A stretch of 54,001 bases of DNA from NCBI GenBank assembly GCA_032718475.1, contig JAUCBJ010001194.1, positions 1 through 54,001 on the forward strand. The letters run 5' to 3'. This DNA comes from Nemertoderma westbladi (taxonomy: Eukaryota > Animalia > Xenacoelomorpha). How positions within the stretch are numbered: the stretch's first letter is position 1; the number at the start of each line of letters is the position of its first letter. The notes under the pieces are model-generated. The model did not search any database, had not been told where the DNA came from, and worked only from the letters and a program-made list of their open reading frames with translations. This document shows, in pieces, positions 1 through 12,485 of the stretch. Both the position numbers and the translations under genes were made by a program.

Positions 1-104
1 GTTGGTTATGAGGTGAGATTATTATTGGTAATCTCGTATCCCCATCTATATTGATAAAATGCCACTGGTCCCATTTTCTGGTGGGTAATGTAATGGAATT
101 GAAT
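1..104. repeat. Dispersed ~105-bp repeat, copy 1 (copy 2 at 1192-1296)
   Basis: gttggtt.tgagg.gagattattattggtaatctc...gggtaatgtaatggaatt occurs at both positions with few substitutions. Confidence 0.85.
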
Positions 105-151
105 CTAAAAATAATTTATATTATAATTATAAAAACTAGCTCGTATAAAAG

Positions 152-471
152 CAGTTAGTAAGTTCGTTCGCATGAGTTACTAAGTCGTTTCGCACGAGTT
201 AGTTAAGTCGTTCTGCACGACTTAGTATGTCGTTCGCACGTCTTAGTATGTCGTTCGCACGACTTAGTAAGTCGTTCGCACGAGTTAGTATGTCGTTCGC
301 AAGAGTTTTTTAAGTCGTTCGTACAACTTAGTAATGTCATTCGCACGACTTAGTAATTCGTTAGCACGACTTAGAATGTCGTTCGCACGAGTTTGTTAAG
401 TCGTTCGGCACGACTTAGTAAGTCGTTCACACGACTTAATAAGTCGTTCGCACATCGTTCGCACGAGTTAG
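152..471. repeat. 21-bp palindromic minisatellite (cgcacgacttagtaagtcgtt)n, probably inside a small non-autonomous DNA element ending near 513
   Basis: About 15 degenerate tandem units; each contains the inverted repeat acgactta-g-taagtcgt. Confidence 0.85.
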
Positions 472-1191
472 CGAAAAAAAATTTATTTTCTCATGTGCCT
501 TTCTGGGCTCCGTACATTGGTATTACACAAACATTAAATTAATGGGGTTGGGGTTTACTGCCCATATTTAATGCTATGGTTGTCCAGCGCACTTTAGCTT
601 AGTGATCTTATATTTCCAATTTCCACGGGATCCTAAGATCCCGACCGGGTTAGATTTGTACGCGTCACCGTTCTGCTGGGCAGTTGTACTAAGTCGCTTT
701 GGCCGAAGGCCGTCGGGGAAAATGATAGAGTTTCTGTTTCTCAATATTACTACTCCGAACGATAATAGCACAATCAGTATGTAAAGGGTATCACGATAAC
801 ACAGATATAACAGCAGAAATGCACAGATTAATTGGTGATGTTAGTGGCGGTGCGGTGACAGTCATAAACTATGACCGGTCTGCAACTGTGTAACTATAAT
901 GAACTGACCGGTAAATCAGTAATGCAGAATAATATATGATTGATACACACAGATATTTTTTTCACCTCTTACTGTACTTGGCCCTCTGTACCCAGTGGAT
1001 GCTTTCCTATCTCTAATCACGTGCTTCCCTCCCTGCTATTGGCTAATACACTAATTGTCACTTTGGCACTCCATGTGAGTGTTTCCCCCTGCTGCTAGCC
1101 TCTACTAGCTGTATTCTCTCCAAGGTGGTTTGACCTCTCACCTCTATCTGTGGCTTTAGGGCTTGTGTCACCCCCCCCCCCCCCCCCCGAA

Positions 1192-1296
1192 GTTGGTTTT
1201 GAGGAGAGATTATTATTGGTAATCTCATATCCCCAACTACATTGATAAAATGCCACTGGTCTCATTTTCTGATGGGTAATGTAATGGAATTTAATC
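1192..1296. repeat. Dispersed ~105-bp repeat, copy 2
   Basis: Direct match to 1-104; preceded by a long C homopolymer. Confidence 0.85.
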
Positions 1297-1380
1297 CGCT
1301 TACATCAGAAAACCGTTTTAAATTTAACCAAAAAGTGGCAAAAATATATTATCAAAATACACCATAACCCTTAATACAAC

Positions 1381-2082
1381 TGTTTGCGCTTTTAGACCTT
1401 TAGCAGTTTAACCTGCCAATTTTAAATGTCCTTTTAATTATGAATCGACTTTAGCCCTTACCAATTACCTGGTGTACTGAATTTACATCCGCCGAAGCCA
1501 GTCCATGCGCGGCGTATGACCCACGGTGTGGGAGACTGGATTCGGGTTCCCTAGGAAGTTATTGCGGTGTAGGCTACTTTGTATTATTCGATTGATCGCT
1601 ACTATATATAATCTCTGACAACTATATTTACTTTCGGGAAAATATTAACAGTTCCATTAGGACGTGGCGCTTTAAGTATAAAAACAGAGTTATGACTTAC
1701 ACTAGTCACAATTAGATGGCCACAGAGTTTCGTAAATAGCGCATTCTTTAGGAGAAGCTTTATTAACCTTCACACGACTTCACACAACTTCACACTACTT
1801 CACACTAATTTACACTAATTTGCCGACCATCACTGATTTTGATCATATATAAGGAGGATTGCAACTGACACACGTAGGGATTATGAAATAGCATTTAATT
1901 CACACAAAACCACTATAATTTGAGTCACAGTTGCTACCTGTAGACTCTTCCTCCGCTCACCTCAGTAATCAAGAAGATTGAGGGGTTTACGATTATTTAT
2001 CGGTATTCTCCAAATATAACATCCATTAATATAAACAGCAATTAACACAATATAAAACAGCATTAAAACAGTGCGGTGAACA
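1381..2082 (-). repeat. Putative 3' LTR of the Bel/Pao element
   Basis: Highly similar to 31621-32302; starts tgtttgcg, ends cggtgaaca. Confidence 0.8.
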
Positions 2083-2155
2083 GTCAGTATGTGTTCAGTC
2101 ATATGAAATGCGATATGAAATGAGTTAAGTTAATAGACTGACTAACTAATTCTAA

Positions 2156-2530
2156 ACTAATTCACACTAATTTGCCGATAATTTGATCATATATAAGGAG
2201 GATTGCAACTGACACACGTAGGGATTATGAAATAGCATTTAATTCACACAAAAACCCACTATAATTTGAGTCACAGTTGCTACCGGTAAACTCTTTCTCC
2301 GCTTACCTCAGTAATCAAGAAGATTGAGGGGGTTTACGATTATTTATCGGTATTCTCCAAATATAACATCCATTAATATAAACAACAATTAACACAATAT
2401 AAAACAGCATTAAAACAGTGCGGTGAACAGTCAGTATGTGTGTTCATGAAGTTCAGTGTTCCAGTATGACAAGTGTATGACCAGTATGAATTGATATGAA
2501 ATGGTGCGAAATGAAATGCGTTAATAGATT
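2156..2530. repeat. Tandem partial duplication of the LTR edge (2156-2429 copies ~1803-2082; 2430-2530 resembles 2083-2140)
   Basis: Near-identical block ttgatcatatataaggagg...gtgcggtgaacagtcagtatg repeated. Confidence 0.9.
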
Positions 2531-2979
2531 TACATCCTTATAACTTCAGCCATCAGATGTTCTTGGGCCAAAGTCTGAAACGACCGTACTTAGTACAGAA
2601 TTCTGAGAGGAATCTAATTCTCAGAAAACTGATAACTAAATGTGCATGCGCTAGTTTCCTCAGGTAGGTCTCTACTGGCATAACTGGGAAGATTGCTCTG
2701 ATTGCCTGAATAAGCTCGAACAAAGGGATCTCCACATACACAAAGAATCAGCTGACAGATTTCGTCATCTTGGTTCGAATTTCTGTCCGACGCGTAGTTG
2801 AACAATTTTAGGGCTATTTCAGAGTATTCCGCGCATTGCGTAAAAATGACTTGTTATGTCCGCAAAAGCTTTTACACCGCTCGCAGAAAATGGGATTTAA
2901 GTCTATGAAATATAAAAAATCACAGTTTCTAAAATACAAATATACTCTAAACTATCAGTCCATCTTTCATGAACGGCGT

Positions 2980-3372
2980 TTACGAAGTTTTTTTGAGACT
3001 AGTAAGAGTCTTTACTAGGAGGGCTATAACTCCTGGGGGAAGGGTGCAATACGATTGCATCAGAAGATTTGGATTACGGTCGGTGTATCCTCCGGTCGAG
3101 GTACCCGGTTGATCGATATCAACATCGGTGAAACGAGGGTGAATAACTTTTAGAGCTCGTTTCAGGATGGCAGTTATTACTGGTCCTTGATGGGTCATTT
3201 GCACGACAGCGGTAGGTTGACTGTGTGTAGTGAGAAATTTCCTCGGTTTGATTGTTCTCTCTAATTTGCGTTCTCTGGCTTTATATTCATATGGTCGTCT
3301 ATGAACTTCTTGTAACTCAGGATGTGAGTTTATGAACAAATCGCTGTATTCTTTATTCCTTGAACAATACAT
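2980..3372 (-). CDS. Unknown ORF (130 aa), probably the frameshifted continuation of the 513-aa ORF
   Basis: Overlaps the end of 3353-4894 on the same strand; similar composition. Confidence 0.45.
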   Translation of the reverse strand: MYCSRNKEYSDLFINSHPELQEVHRRPYEYKARERKLERTIKPRKFLTTHSQPTAVVQMTHQGPVITAILKRALKVIHPRFTDVDIDQPGTSTGGYTDRNPNLLMQSYCTLPPGVIALLVKTLTSLKKTS

Positions 3373-4894
3373 ATAATTTCCAATGCACTAATCGAGTTTT
3401 AATAAATCCATCGAGATTATACGGAGGTATTACGTCCTTTTCTATTCTTGAAACATTATAAGGTTTTCTGAATGAGTTTACTTTAACCAATTGATCTAAA
3501 TGTTTCTGTAGTTGTTCAAGTTCAACAAGATCGAGGGGATTTATCAATGGTAGAAACTTTAAACTGTGTGTAGGGTCTTCCGGTTTCACCATATAATATT
3601 GAGTTAAATTGACATAATAAGGGTGATCTTTGATCCTGTAAAATAGGTTCGGTAAAGGTCTAGCGCGTAGGTTGACCTTGTGTACCATACGATGGACAAG
3701 ATCCGCTCGATTGTCCGGAGGTTCAACGAGTATACCATTGACACAAGCAGCCTCGATTGGTGGACGTTGTAACATAGGAGCGTCAGCGATAAGATCTCTA
3801 GATCTTAAGTTGATATCAACCGGTTGGGGTTGTGCTGTGGCGAAGAGTTTATCTCCGAAATGAGGAACCATCGAAGGGTGAATGATGGTTTTGGAATAGA
3901 GATCAGTCATAAGGATTTGAGCTTCCGGTTGGGCTAAAGCTGCTTCTTCTCTCTCATCCATTTCGATGTGCTTCTCCTCAAGCTGATTCTCCTCCGCTTG
4001 TCGTTGGAAGCGTTCGTCCAAGAACTCTTGTAGAGAGTATGTTTGTCCAAGTTCGATATCTTCCTCAAGATTCTGGACTTCCCGATCGAACTGGGGTAAA
4101 GCCAATTCTTTTACCGCTTGGACTTGATGTTGCAATTTACGTTTGTCTAAACAATCGTAGGTTCCTTTTCCGATCTTTTGCCGAATAGCGTCTAGCGCAT
4201 TTTGTACAACGCTTTCCTCCAACTCGGTGACAGGTTGTATCAGAGTTAAACCGGGACGATTATACGGGTTGAACGGAGATATTAGATGTCCGCGTCCCAA
4301 TCCGGCTAGGTAGGATGGGCGAATATCTAGAGAGCCCACAACCGGAGTGCCACCCACTAATTGTTTGGGTAACACTAGATCTTTGAACAATGAGTACAAC
4401 TCAGGAGGATCCGTCATACTATTAGGATCAAGAGTCTGAAGTCGCACCAGGGAATGAGGAGGTCTGTCCGAGTATTCCGGAACTCTGATCATAGGTTTAT
4501 TTAACAATTGTTTGAGTCGAGCGAGCGTAGGTGATACGTCGAACAATTTGCGCTCAAAACTCGCGTAAGTATAGCGAGTAAAACTGTGTTTAGTGCAATG
4601 TCTCCGCGGATGTTTATGTCTTTCCGTTAGTTGATTGGGTCTAGGGCATTCATCGCAGTAATACCAAAGACGCACGTCTTGTAAGGGAAACGCTGGTGAT
4701 CTTTCTCCAGTTTTACAATATTCCTCCATCTGTTCGAAGCTATCCGGTACAACAGGTAGCAGTCGATTGGCAGTAAGATACATCATAGTAAAATAGAGTC
4801 GTTTGAGTTCTATCATAGGGTTATGATGTATACCTTGAGGATATCGAGTTTCTAGATTTTGTTGACTAGCTACATTGAGATAAGTTTCTCTCAA
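3353..4894 (-). CDS. Unknown accessory ORF (513 aa) between pol and the 3' LTR
   Basis: 1.5-kb stop-free frame in AT-rich DNA; YCDEC...HKHPRRHC possible metal site; acidic helical middle; no signal peptide or TM segment seen. Confidence 0.7.
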   Translation of the reverse strand: MRETYLNVASQQNLETRYPQGIHHNPMIELKRLYFTMMYLTANRLLPVVPDSFEQMEEYCKTGERSPAFPLQDVRLWYYCDECPRPNQLTERHKHPRRHCTKHSFTRYTYASFERKLFDVSPTLARLKQLLNKPMIRVPEYSDRPPHSLVRLQTLDPNSMTDPPELYSLFKDLVLPKQLVGGTPVVGSLDIRPSYLAGLGRGHLISPFNPYNRPGLTLIQPVTELEESVVQNALDAIRQKIGKGTYDCLDKRKLQHQVQAVKELALPQFDREVQNLEEDIELGQTYSLQEFLDERFQRQAEENQLEEKHIEMDEREEAALAQPEAQILMTDLYSKTIIHPSMVPHFGDKLFATAQPQPVDINLRSRDLIADAPMLQRPPIEAACVNGILVEPPDNRADLVHRMVHKVNLRARPLPNLFYRIKDHPYYVNLTQYYMVKPEDPTHSLKFLPLINPLDLVELEQLQKHLDQLVKVNSFRKPYNVSRIEKDVIPPYNLDGFIKTRLVHWKLYVLFKE

Positions 4895-4899
4895 GAATT

Positions 4900-5325
4900 C
4901 TAAATAATCGTTGAAGTCACTACGTTTATCCGGTTACGTATCCGGTTATACGTACATCTTCTCTTTCGAATAGAATTTTCATGTTCAATTCTCAGTTTAT
5001 CATTCTGACTCCGCTTGGCATGATATTTAAATAGAATCATTTCCCTTTCGGTGTCTACATCATCCGTGTTGTGTAAATCGATAGGATGACCAGTAGTTAA
5101 GAAGTCCATATACGTACCATTACGATGCGTATAGCGAGTGGTGAATTTTCTATAGTCCAATTCATGCTTGAGCTGTTCCTTTGACATTGGCGGTTCGATA
5201 TAACGGCCATCGTCTTCCGTCGTGTGTTGACTAGCGTCGCCGCTTATCAGACTATCAACAAACGCTTGCAGTGGTAGGGTATATCGCTCCCTGATACCAA
5301 GATCATCTTCTATCAACTCAGTCAT
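4900..5325 (-). CDS. Unknown ORF (141 aa), likely N-terminal part of the accessory ORF block
   Basis: ATG start after an AT-rich tract; ends 5 bp from the next ORF, which is in a different frame. Confidence 0.55.
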   Translation of the reverse strand: MTELIEDDLGIRERYTLPLQAFVDSLISGDASQHTTEDDGRYIEPPMSKEQLKHELDYRKFTTRYTHRNGTYMDFLTTGHPIDLHNTDDVDTEREMILFKYHAKRSQNDKLRIEHENSIRKRRCTYNRIRNRINVVTSTII

Positions 5326-6577
5326 AGCTGCTATATGAGTTTATCGATATTATAATTAATAATAATAAGGCTAGCGATCGTCGCTGCCTTCCCCTCTATG
5401 CCCCCGGACAGCCCTGAGATCCTCAGCGCTGATGTACTGTCGTCGCTGTGCCTCTCACCAACGTAGGAGCTACACAAAGACAACAATAACCAGCGCGATT
5501 CACTCCACTGTCCGTCCCAAGGGCTAGGGATATACAGGAGGTACTTGCTACAGATGCAGGGTAACTTTCACAACTGCGACTCACTACTGTAAACACACTT
5601 TAGTAGTAACATTCACCTATAAATACACAAATTCCACATTCCTGCCACAATATGTACAAATTAGGACCATTTGTCCGTTAGTCAAATGCCTTCCAGAATG
5701 CCACGTTATTATTATGTATCCCTAGATACTAGCAAGGTGCTATTTATTCCGCATGCTATTCAATGGGGCAAGCTTTCTATTGTTCTTTTAACTCACTTCT
5801 AATTCTAGCGTGGTTGTTACTATGGTGACATTATGCAAAGGTAGCGGTAGAATTAGGGTATTTCTCATGCATACAGATCTGGGATGCTATTTAATAGTGA
5901 TTCTTTAATTGTCAATATTCCCCATATACATGATTTTATTAATTTTATCGGCTATTGACTGTACACTGGAGATTCTCTCACACTGATATACCTTTATATG
6001 ATGTTGACAACTACGACTTTAGAGGGATTGTAATATTCATATTAAAACAATAAAATAGGACATGGGGTCTATTCCCTCAGATACTACCTAGCATTTAGGG
6101 CCACTTGGGCCACTGTTAGTACTCAGGCACTAGGCCCATCAAAAAACACACAACCAAATACCAAATCGATTTTAGTGCTACATAAACCCAACCCAACTAC
6201 CACAAGAAAAATTGCACCAAACCATACAGTAACTACAGGTTCCGGTAAGTATTGCACGAAATAGGCTATCCCATAAATTACGAAAAATATAGGACATTTT
6301 GTCCGCCGAAAAAGGTAAGTCTAAGTAATAAATTTTATAAAAATAAAAGGGTTTCGGAGATTTAAACAATGAACCCTGGGATTCGTGGTTCTCCTCATCA
6401 GCAGTGTGTACTGGTATACCTAATAGGGTGAATCTCCGCTCCCATGATCTATTAATTAATGGAATTTTGGGAATGTTTATAAATTGTATAAAATGACAAT
6501 TTATTAAATTCATGAGAGGATATGAATTTAAATTTTATTCCCGTGAATTTTATTATTTGATACTAAAATAGACACAA

Positions 6578-6937
6578 TTTTATTCCAGAACATGTCTGGG
6601 GGACTAGGATCCTTAATTCCAGAATTTTGTCTTTTAAGAGTATCGGTAAGTACTACGATATCTCAATCGACTAGAATTTAGAGGATCTAAAGTTTAACAG
6701 ATTTGTTTATAATTTTTAGATTTAATTTGTTAGCATTTCCTCTTTGTTATAACAAACATTGTAAATATTTATCAAATATTTAATATTTAATATATAGGAT
6801 GGGCACCGATTTATTCCAGAACATGTCTGGGGACGTTAACCACTGATTCTAGAATTTTGTCTTTCAAGTATATCGGTGGGTGCCGCGATATCTTAATCGA
6901 CTAGAATTTCAGATGGTCAAAGGGTTTAACAGATTTA
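6578..6937. repeat. Two ~125-bp direct repeats in the pol/accessory-ORF spacer
   Basis: ttattccagaacatgtctgggg...aatcgactagaattt...tttaacagattt at ~6580 and ~6811. Confidence 0.8.
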
Positions 6938-7592
6938 TTTTGCGCTTCAACGCTACTGTTAAATGGACATCATTCTACTACTGTATATGTATTATTTAAG
7001 ATAAGGTATGAGAGCAATATTGCAAGAAGCAATATCAGTGAGAAGAGGCAAGTCGTTTCCAAGGTCTATCCAGAGCTTGGTTTAACCGAGACCCCAGGAT
7101 CTGAACTTTGCATTCCTAATACTCTACTTACCAATAATACTTAAGTATAGTAGGGGCGGTATTGTACTTTAACAAGTACTGACATTTCATCTTACTGTAG
7201 TCACGTATTTATAGTAGGATACGGACAGTAAGGAAAGAGAAAATGAAATTATTTCTTGCTGTTAACGAAATATATTATACTAAGTAATTAAGTAATAAAA
7301 CACGAATATATTGCACTAATCTACTGAATAATCATTAAAATATTATTCTACGAAATAAAATTAAAGAAAATGATTATAATAATAGAAATTACATAATAAT
7401 ACATACATAAATATAAAATAAAAATAAAATAATGTAGTCACATACCCACTCCGAACGTTATTACATTGGGGAGTCCCTAGATGTTTGTTGGATTAGGTTG
7501 GTGGCCGTGGGAAGAGTTTCTTGCCTTCCATAGTTACCAGACAACTCTCGGTCTCTTTCCAGTAAACATAAACGACCAACCGGGCGATTAAG

Positions 7593-9107
7593 TTATTGTG
7601 TTTCAAACACAATTCCAGGTTTCTTAAAGTTACATCGCATGATGACGAGTTCGACCGATCGCACTAAACCATCATCGGATATATGACTCTCGATGATACG
7701 AACTGTCTGCCACCTCTTACGTGGAAGATCTGATTCCACAATAAGGACCATGTCTCCGGCGCTGACGTTTTCTTGCTGCGCAAACCACTTTGTTCGAAGT
7801 TGTAGTGTAGGAAGATAATGTTTTACAAAATGGTCAGCGAAACGACGTGATAATAACTGAATAAGTTGCCAAGTTTGTCGGCAGTATTCATCTCCGTCTG
7901 TTATTTCCGATTGTGGGAGCATGGCTACAGGTTTCTTTAGTAGGAAATGCGTGGGTGTTAGCGCTTCTAGGGAGTCGGGACTAGATGAGACTGGCATAAG
8001 TGGTCTCTCATTGAGATAGGTGGCGATTTCTTCCATTAACGTCCGCAAAAGTTCGTCAGTGAGATACGCGTGGAACGGCACTATAAAGTGAAATGCGGTC
8101 TTTACGCTACGTATGAGTCTCTCCCAACTTCCTCCCCACCCACCAAGGGGCGTCAGCGGCATTGAAGGTCCAGCTAGATGCTGTTACTCTTAGCTGATCG
8201 TCCACCTGTCTTTGGTTCCAATCTTTCACGTATGCTTTGATCTCGTTATTGGCGCCATTGAAATTAGTTCCTTTGTCAGATCTCATAGTGTTGCTAGTCC
8301 CAAAACGAGCGATTTGTCGGCGTAAACTCAGTATGAAGCTGTTGGTAGATAGATCGTTCACCATATCTAGATGGATTGCTCTACAAGTCATGGCTCTACA
8401 AGCCATCGCTTGACTATAGTCCTATCACCATATACTTCAATAGGACCAAATAAATCCACACCAGTATTAGTAAAGGGTGGTTCATAACAGCTTACTCGTT
8501 CCCTAGGTAATTCTGCCTCTCGCTGTGTTAAAGGCCTACTAAATGCTTTCCTACAGGGTATACAGTTCCTAAGAACTTGGTTTAGAGCTCTACGGGGCTT
8601 ATGGAAATAATAGCGAGTTCGAATTTCGCTAAGAACTCGTTCTCTACCAGCATGGTAAAGCTTACTGTGAACATCTACAATCATCTTGATTTGTATTTCA
8701 AGATTTCTAATGAGTATGGGAAACTTAGTGTCAAAGGACAATGGAGCATTGGTTAATCTCCCTCCGACACATATTAACCCATCTATCATTGTGCTAGAGA
8801 AACAATCCCTTAAGCGCATCTGTGGATTTCTCAACAACAGGAAATACTTATCGGAATCTTCGTAACAGTGCAGGAGTCTCAGTATCTGCGTGTTGGTATC
8901 ATCATGTTCTTGGTAACTGATCTTCTCAGTCAGAAACCTATCAGGCACTCTATAAGTGGGAAGGTCTTTAGTAGCATGGACCTTTTCAGCTACTATTGGA
9001 GCGGTATCATTAGCGATCTTCGTCCTGGAATAGTGATGATGGAAACATCTTTTCAGATACACAATGGCCTTGCAAAGCCGATTCCAGGAGCTATAATGAT
9101 CTATCAC
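7593..9107 (-). pseudogene. pol: Bel/Pao integrase (HHCC zinc finger, DDE core, DUF5641-like tail), frameshifted
   Basis: H..LYHAGRERV...CIPC, GVDLFGP, RAIHLD, SDKGTNF, WERLIRSVK, LTPTHFL, YLPTLQLRTKW spread over three frames. Confidence 0.95.
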
Positions 9108-9193
9108 TCATTGTAGGAGAGGAGAGAGTCCTTGCGAGATGTCTGGTGTTCCAGATTTCCAGTCTCTTTCTCTTATTTCTATAACGGATTTAT

Positions 9194-11214
9194 TTATAGT
9201 TCGGGTAAGGCCATGGGTGAGTTTAGATCCACAGTGGTATCACCGGCGGTGTGTAGCACAGACAATTCTATCGCTGGCTTAAACAGCTTTGATTTACTCG
9301 TCCGGGTTTTCGGTTTGACTTTTCGGTTTGACTTTTCGGTTTGTCTGATCTCCGCCGTGGTGAGATGAGGGGGCCATTCCTCCTCTTCTTTACCTAGGAA
9401 GTCGGGTCCACCTAACCAGTCTGGAGTATCTATCAATTCTTGAGGAGTTGCTCCTCTGGAAGCGATGTCAGCTGGATTAATCGTCCCAGGGCAATGTCTC
9501 CATTGATCTACATTAGAGCGACTGAGTATAATGGCTACTCTGTTGGTAACAAAGACGCTGAACTGACAGACTTCATTAGTTATATACTCCAGAACGAGTA
9601 AAGCATCAGTCCAATAGACAGTTTTCTCTAGTGGATAGTCGATCTGTTCCGTTACATACCGGCCGATGGCTGTAGCATATAGAGCCGCCTTTAACTCCGC
9701 TCTGGGAACTCGCAGTTTGTTGTTTATTAGGGCCTTAGAGGTGACTAATGAAACCTTAACTCCATCGGGAGTTTCAACCCTCAGGTAGGCTACTATACCT
9801 ATTCCAATATCGCTGGCGTCTCCAAAAACATGGAGTTGATAGGAATACGTGGGGAGAACGTGACCGAAATATGAGCGGGAAATCTTAAAGTTCTCGATAG
9901 ATGGTAAAGAATCTTCCCATTTCATCCACTTCTTTAGCAGTGGATCATCCTTGAGTGGATCATCCCACGAGTGGTTTTCGAGCCACATTTGTTGTACTAA
10001 GCTCCGAGCAACTAGTATGACTGGGCTAATGAATCCCAACGGATCGAAATAAGTGCTCAGAATACTTAGACAAATCCATTTAGTTCTAACTGGATTATCT
10101 CGTTGCTTCAATTGAAAGAATAGAATATCTCTCTCCGTGTCCATTTTAATCCAAGATCTGGAAGATCTGGAAGATCGTCCTTAATGAGGTCAAGGTCTTT
10201 AACACCTCGGTCTTCTACTGGGATCGATTCCAGGAACTCAAGGGAGTTACTAGTGAATTTGGTTAGGCGAAATCCACCTTGTTGTAAGCACTCTACCGTT
10301 CCCTTGGCAACATCGATTGTTTCTTCCACCGATGGGAGGGACTTTAAATTGTCGTCCATGTAAATATCCCGTTTGATGTTGTCAATAACCGCTTTAGAGA
10401 AGGCGTCTCTATTGTCATCGGCAGTGGTACGCACTACTGAACAAGCGTTCGAGGGGCTCGAGATGATCCCGAAAGCCTGGATTGTCATCCAGTACTCCAC
10501 CGGTTTTCGGTTGAGGTCTCCTTCAGGCCACCACAGAAATTGTAGGCTGTATCGATCCCTAGCTAATGCTTTAACTTGTAGAAACATGCCTTCAATGTCC
10601 GAAGCGAAGGCAAACGAATATTGCCGCAGTCGTAGTAATATTCCCATCAAAGATTGGAGTAAGTTGGGTCCCGGCAACAGTTCCGAATTTAGGGATTGTC
10701 CCATATAAAAGGGGGAGCCCTCAAACACTACCCGGACTTCATTTGGTTTACCGGGCTTGGGAACGTAATGATGTGTCGAATAATACGTTCTCTCCATTAT
10801 GGGTGTTTCTTCAGGAACTCGCTCCGCGTATCCCTTATCTATAAACTTCTTTAATTGAGTTTTATACATTTCCTTGGCTCGATCGTTAGCCGTCAAACGC
10901 CAATGCAGTTGTGCGATTCTTTTTTCCGCTAAAGGTCGGTTATTCACGAAGCTGGGTTCTCTCCATCTGAACGGCAGACCAATTTCATAACGACCTTCAT
11001 CTTTCAGATAACGGGTGGTCGTTTCCTGAATCTGCTTGGCTCTCTCTTCATCTACGGATAATGCTTTGTCATAGGAATTAGTCTCTACGGTTTCTTGAGT
11101 AAAGAATCGAACGGCGTGTTCATCGCGTACCTTACTATTGTACCGCTCTACTGCTTCATTGAGTTCATCGTCATAAGTCAATTGTTTGCTATTTTGACTG
11201 ATAAGTTTACACAA
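9194..11214 (-). pseudogene. pol: Bel/Pao reverse transcriptase and RNase H (Pao peptidase A17 region), frameshifted near 10125
   Basis: HHYVPKPGK..VRVVFEGS, SDIEGMFLQV, YMDD, FDPLGFISP, LHVFGDAS, PRAEL, NPADIASRG. Confidence 0.95.
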
Positions 11215-11435
11215 GTTAACTTGGTTTAACCAAGTTTGATTCTCAGTGAGGAGTTCAATGGTATTTTCCTCGTCATATAAATTATGTATATCGTCGTTAT
11301 CTGAGGAGTATGGGGTTTCCTCAGTTGGGATTTCTTCTTAACTTATATCTTCCTCCCATTCATTTACCTGATGGACTTGTTCGCTCGGGAGTCTTTCTTG
11401 TAAAGTCCTGTGGGAAGGTCCAGTGAAGTACCAAC

Positions 11436-12479
11436 CTACTCTTGTTCTTCCCACGTAAGTCTGGTACTACCGGAGTCAAGGAGGGCGTTCTTCCCTATTC
11501 CATGCACCCTCAGTTGCACCACGGGAAACTCTCGGATACCGACAGATGATGTTGGCGCTTTCCATGAGAGCTGTCGGTCCGGAATAGACAATCGGGGTTC
11601 CTCTCCCTCCGTCTCGGTCTCATACGTAAGTGCTCGATATACGGTTGTGTTGATCATATAACAGGATTCATTTTCGTCTGAAAATTCATCAGTATAGAAT
11701 CCTTCCATCTCCGAACTGTGGTCAGTGTCGTTCACATCACTGAATTGGACATGTAGTTCGGGCTCACTTACCTGACTCATCCGAGTATAATCAAATTCGG
11801 TGTGCAACAAAATATGATGTTTCGCGCCGCACTTAGCACACTTCGCGTCTGAGCAACAGGTTCTTCGTTGATGTCCTCGCCTGAGGCAGTTATAGCACAA
11901 CCGTTTATCCCACATGACATCACGTCTATCCTTTAATGTTTTCTTTAAGAATTCTTCACACCCACCTAAGCGATGTGGCCCGTCGCACAATACATACTTA
12001 GGTTTGATGTTACTTACCTTAACCTGCATCGTATTTTGTATGCTAGCTCTTTCTTCGGGCTTCCTTCCATGAATTCTCTTAGGAGACGTAGGGGGAGTTG
12101 TCATTTGTTCCCTCTTGCCACTGGTTCGAGACTTAGATTTACTTACGTCTTTCCTAACTTTGTTTACGTAGTAAGATCTCTCGGTGTCTTTGCCACTATC
12201 TTCGTCATAAGACGTCGTCTGACTCCCACAATCCGTATAACACACTGGTGATACCTCTCTCCTAGTAACGGGGTTTTTCACTTACCTTACTTTCCGGTGT
12301 CTTCTCTCTAGACTGTTTTAGGAGCTGTAATCTTACCTCTCCGTTTAAGAACGACATGAGGTCAGCCATGGTGGGGTCTCTATGTTGTTGGTCCATCAGA
12401 TAGAGAACCTTTTTGTCCCAGCGAGTACCTACTCCACCCTTTGGCAAAGTTGATGATACGGCTCCTACAACCATAGAAC
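11436..12479 (-). pseudogene. gag: Bel/Pao gag C-terminal zinc knuckles and aspartic protease
   Basis: CDGPHRLGGC, CYNCLRRGHQRRTC, CAKCGAKHHILLH; LLDSGS active site. Confidence 0.9.
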
Positions 12480-12485
12480 TCTGGT

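Noticed and set aside
545-1188. Solo LTR preceded by a poly-G PPT on the minus strand
   Set aside because: No second copy, TSD or clear TG..CA pair; similar homopolymers occur at ~38504 and ~49787
3353-4894. Env gene call for the accessory ORF
   Set aside because: No signal peptide, hydrophobic TM, furin site with fusion peptide or Cys-rich ectodomain visible
5380-5470. Hammerhead ribozyme in the GC-rich patch (CTGAGGA on the minus strand)
   Set aside because: No properly placed GAAA or supporting stems
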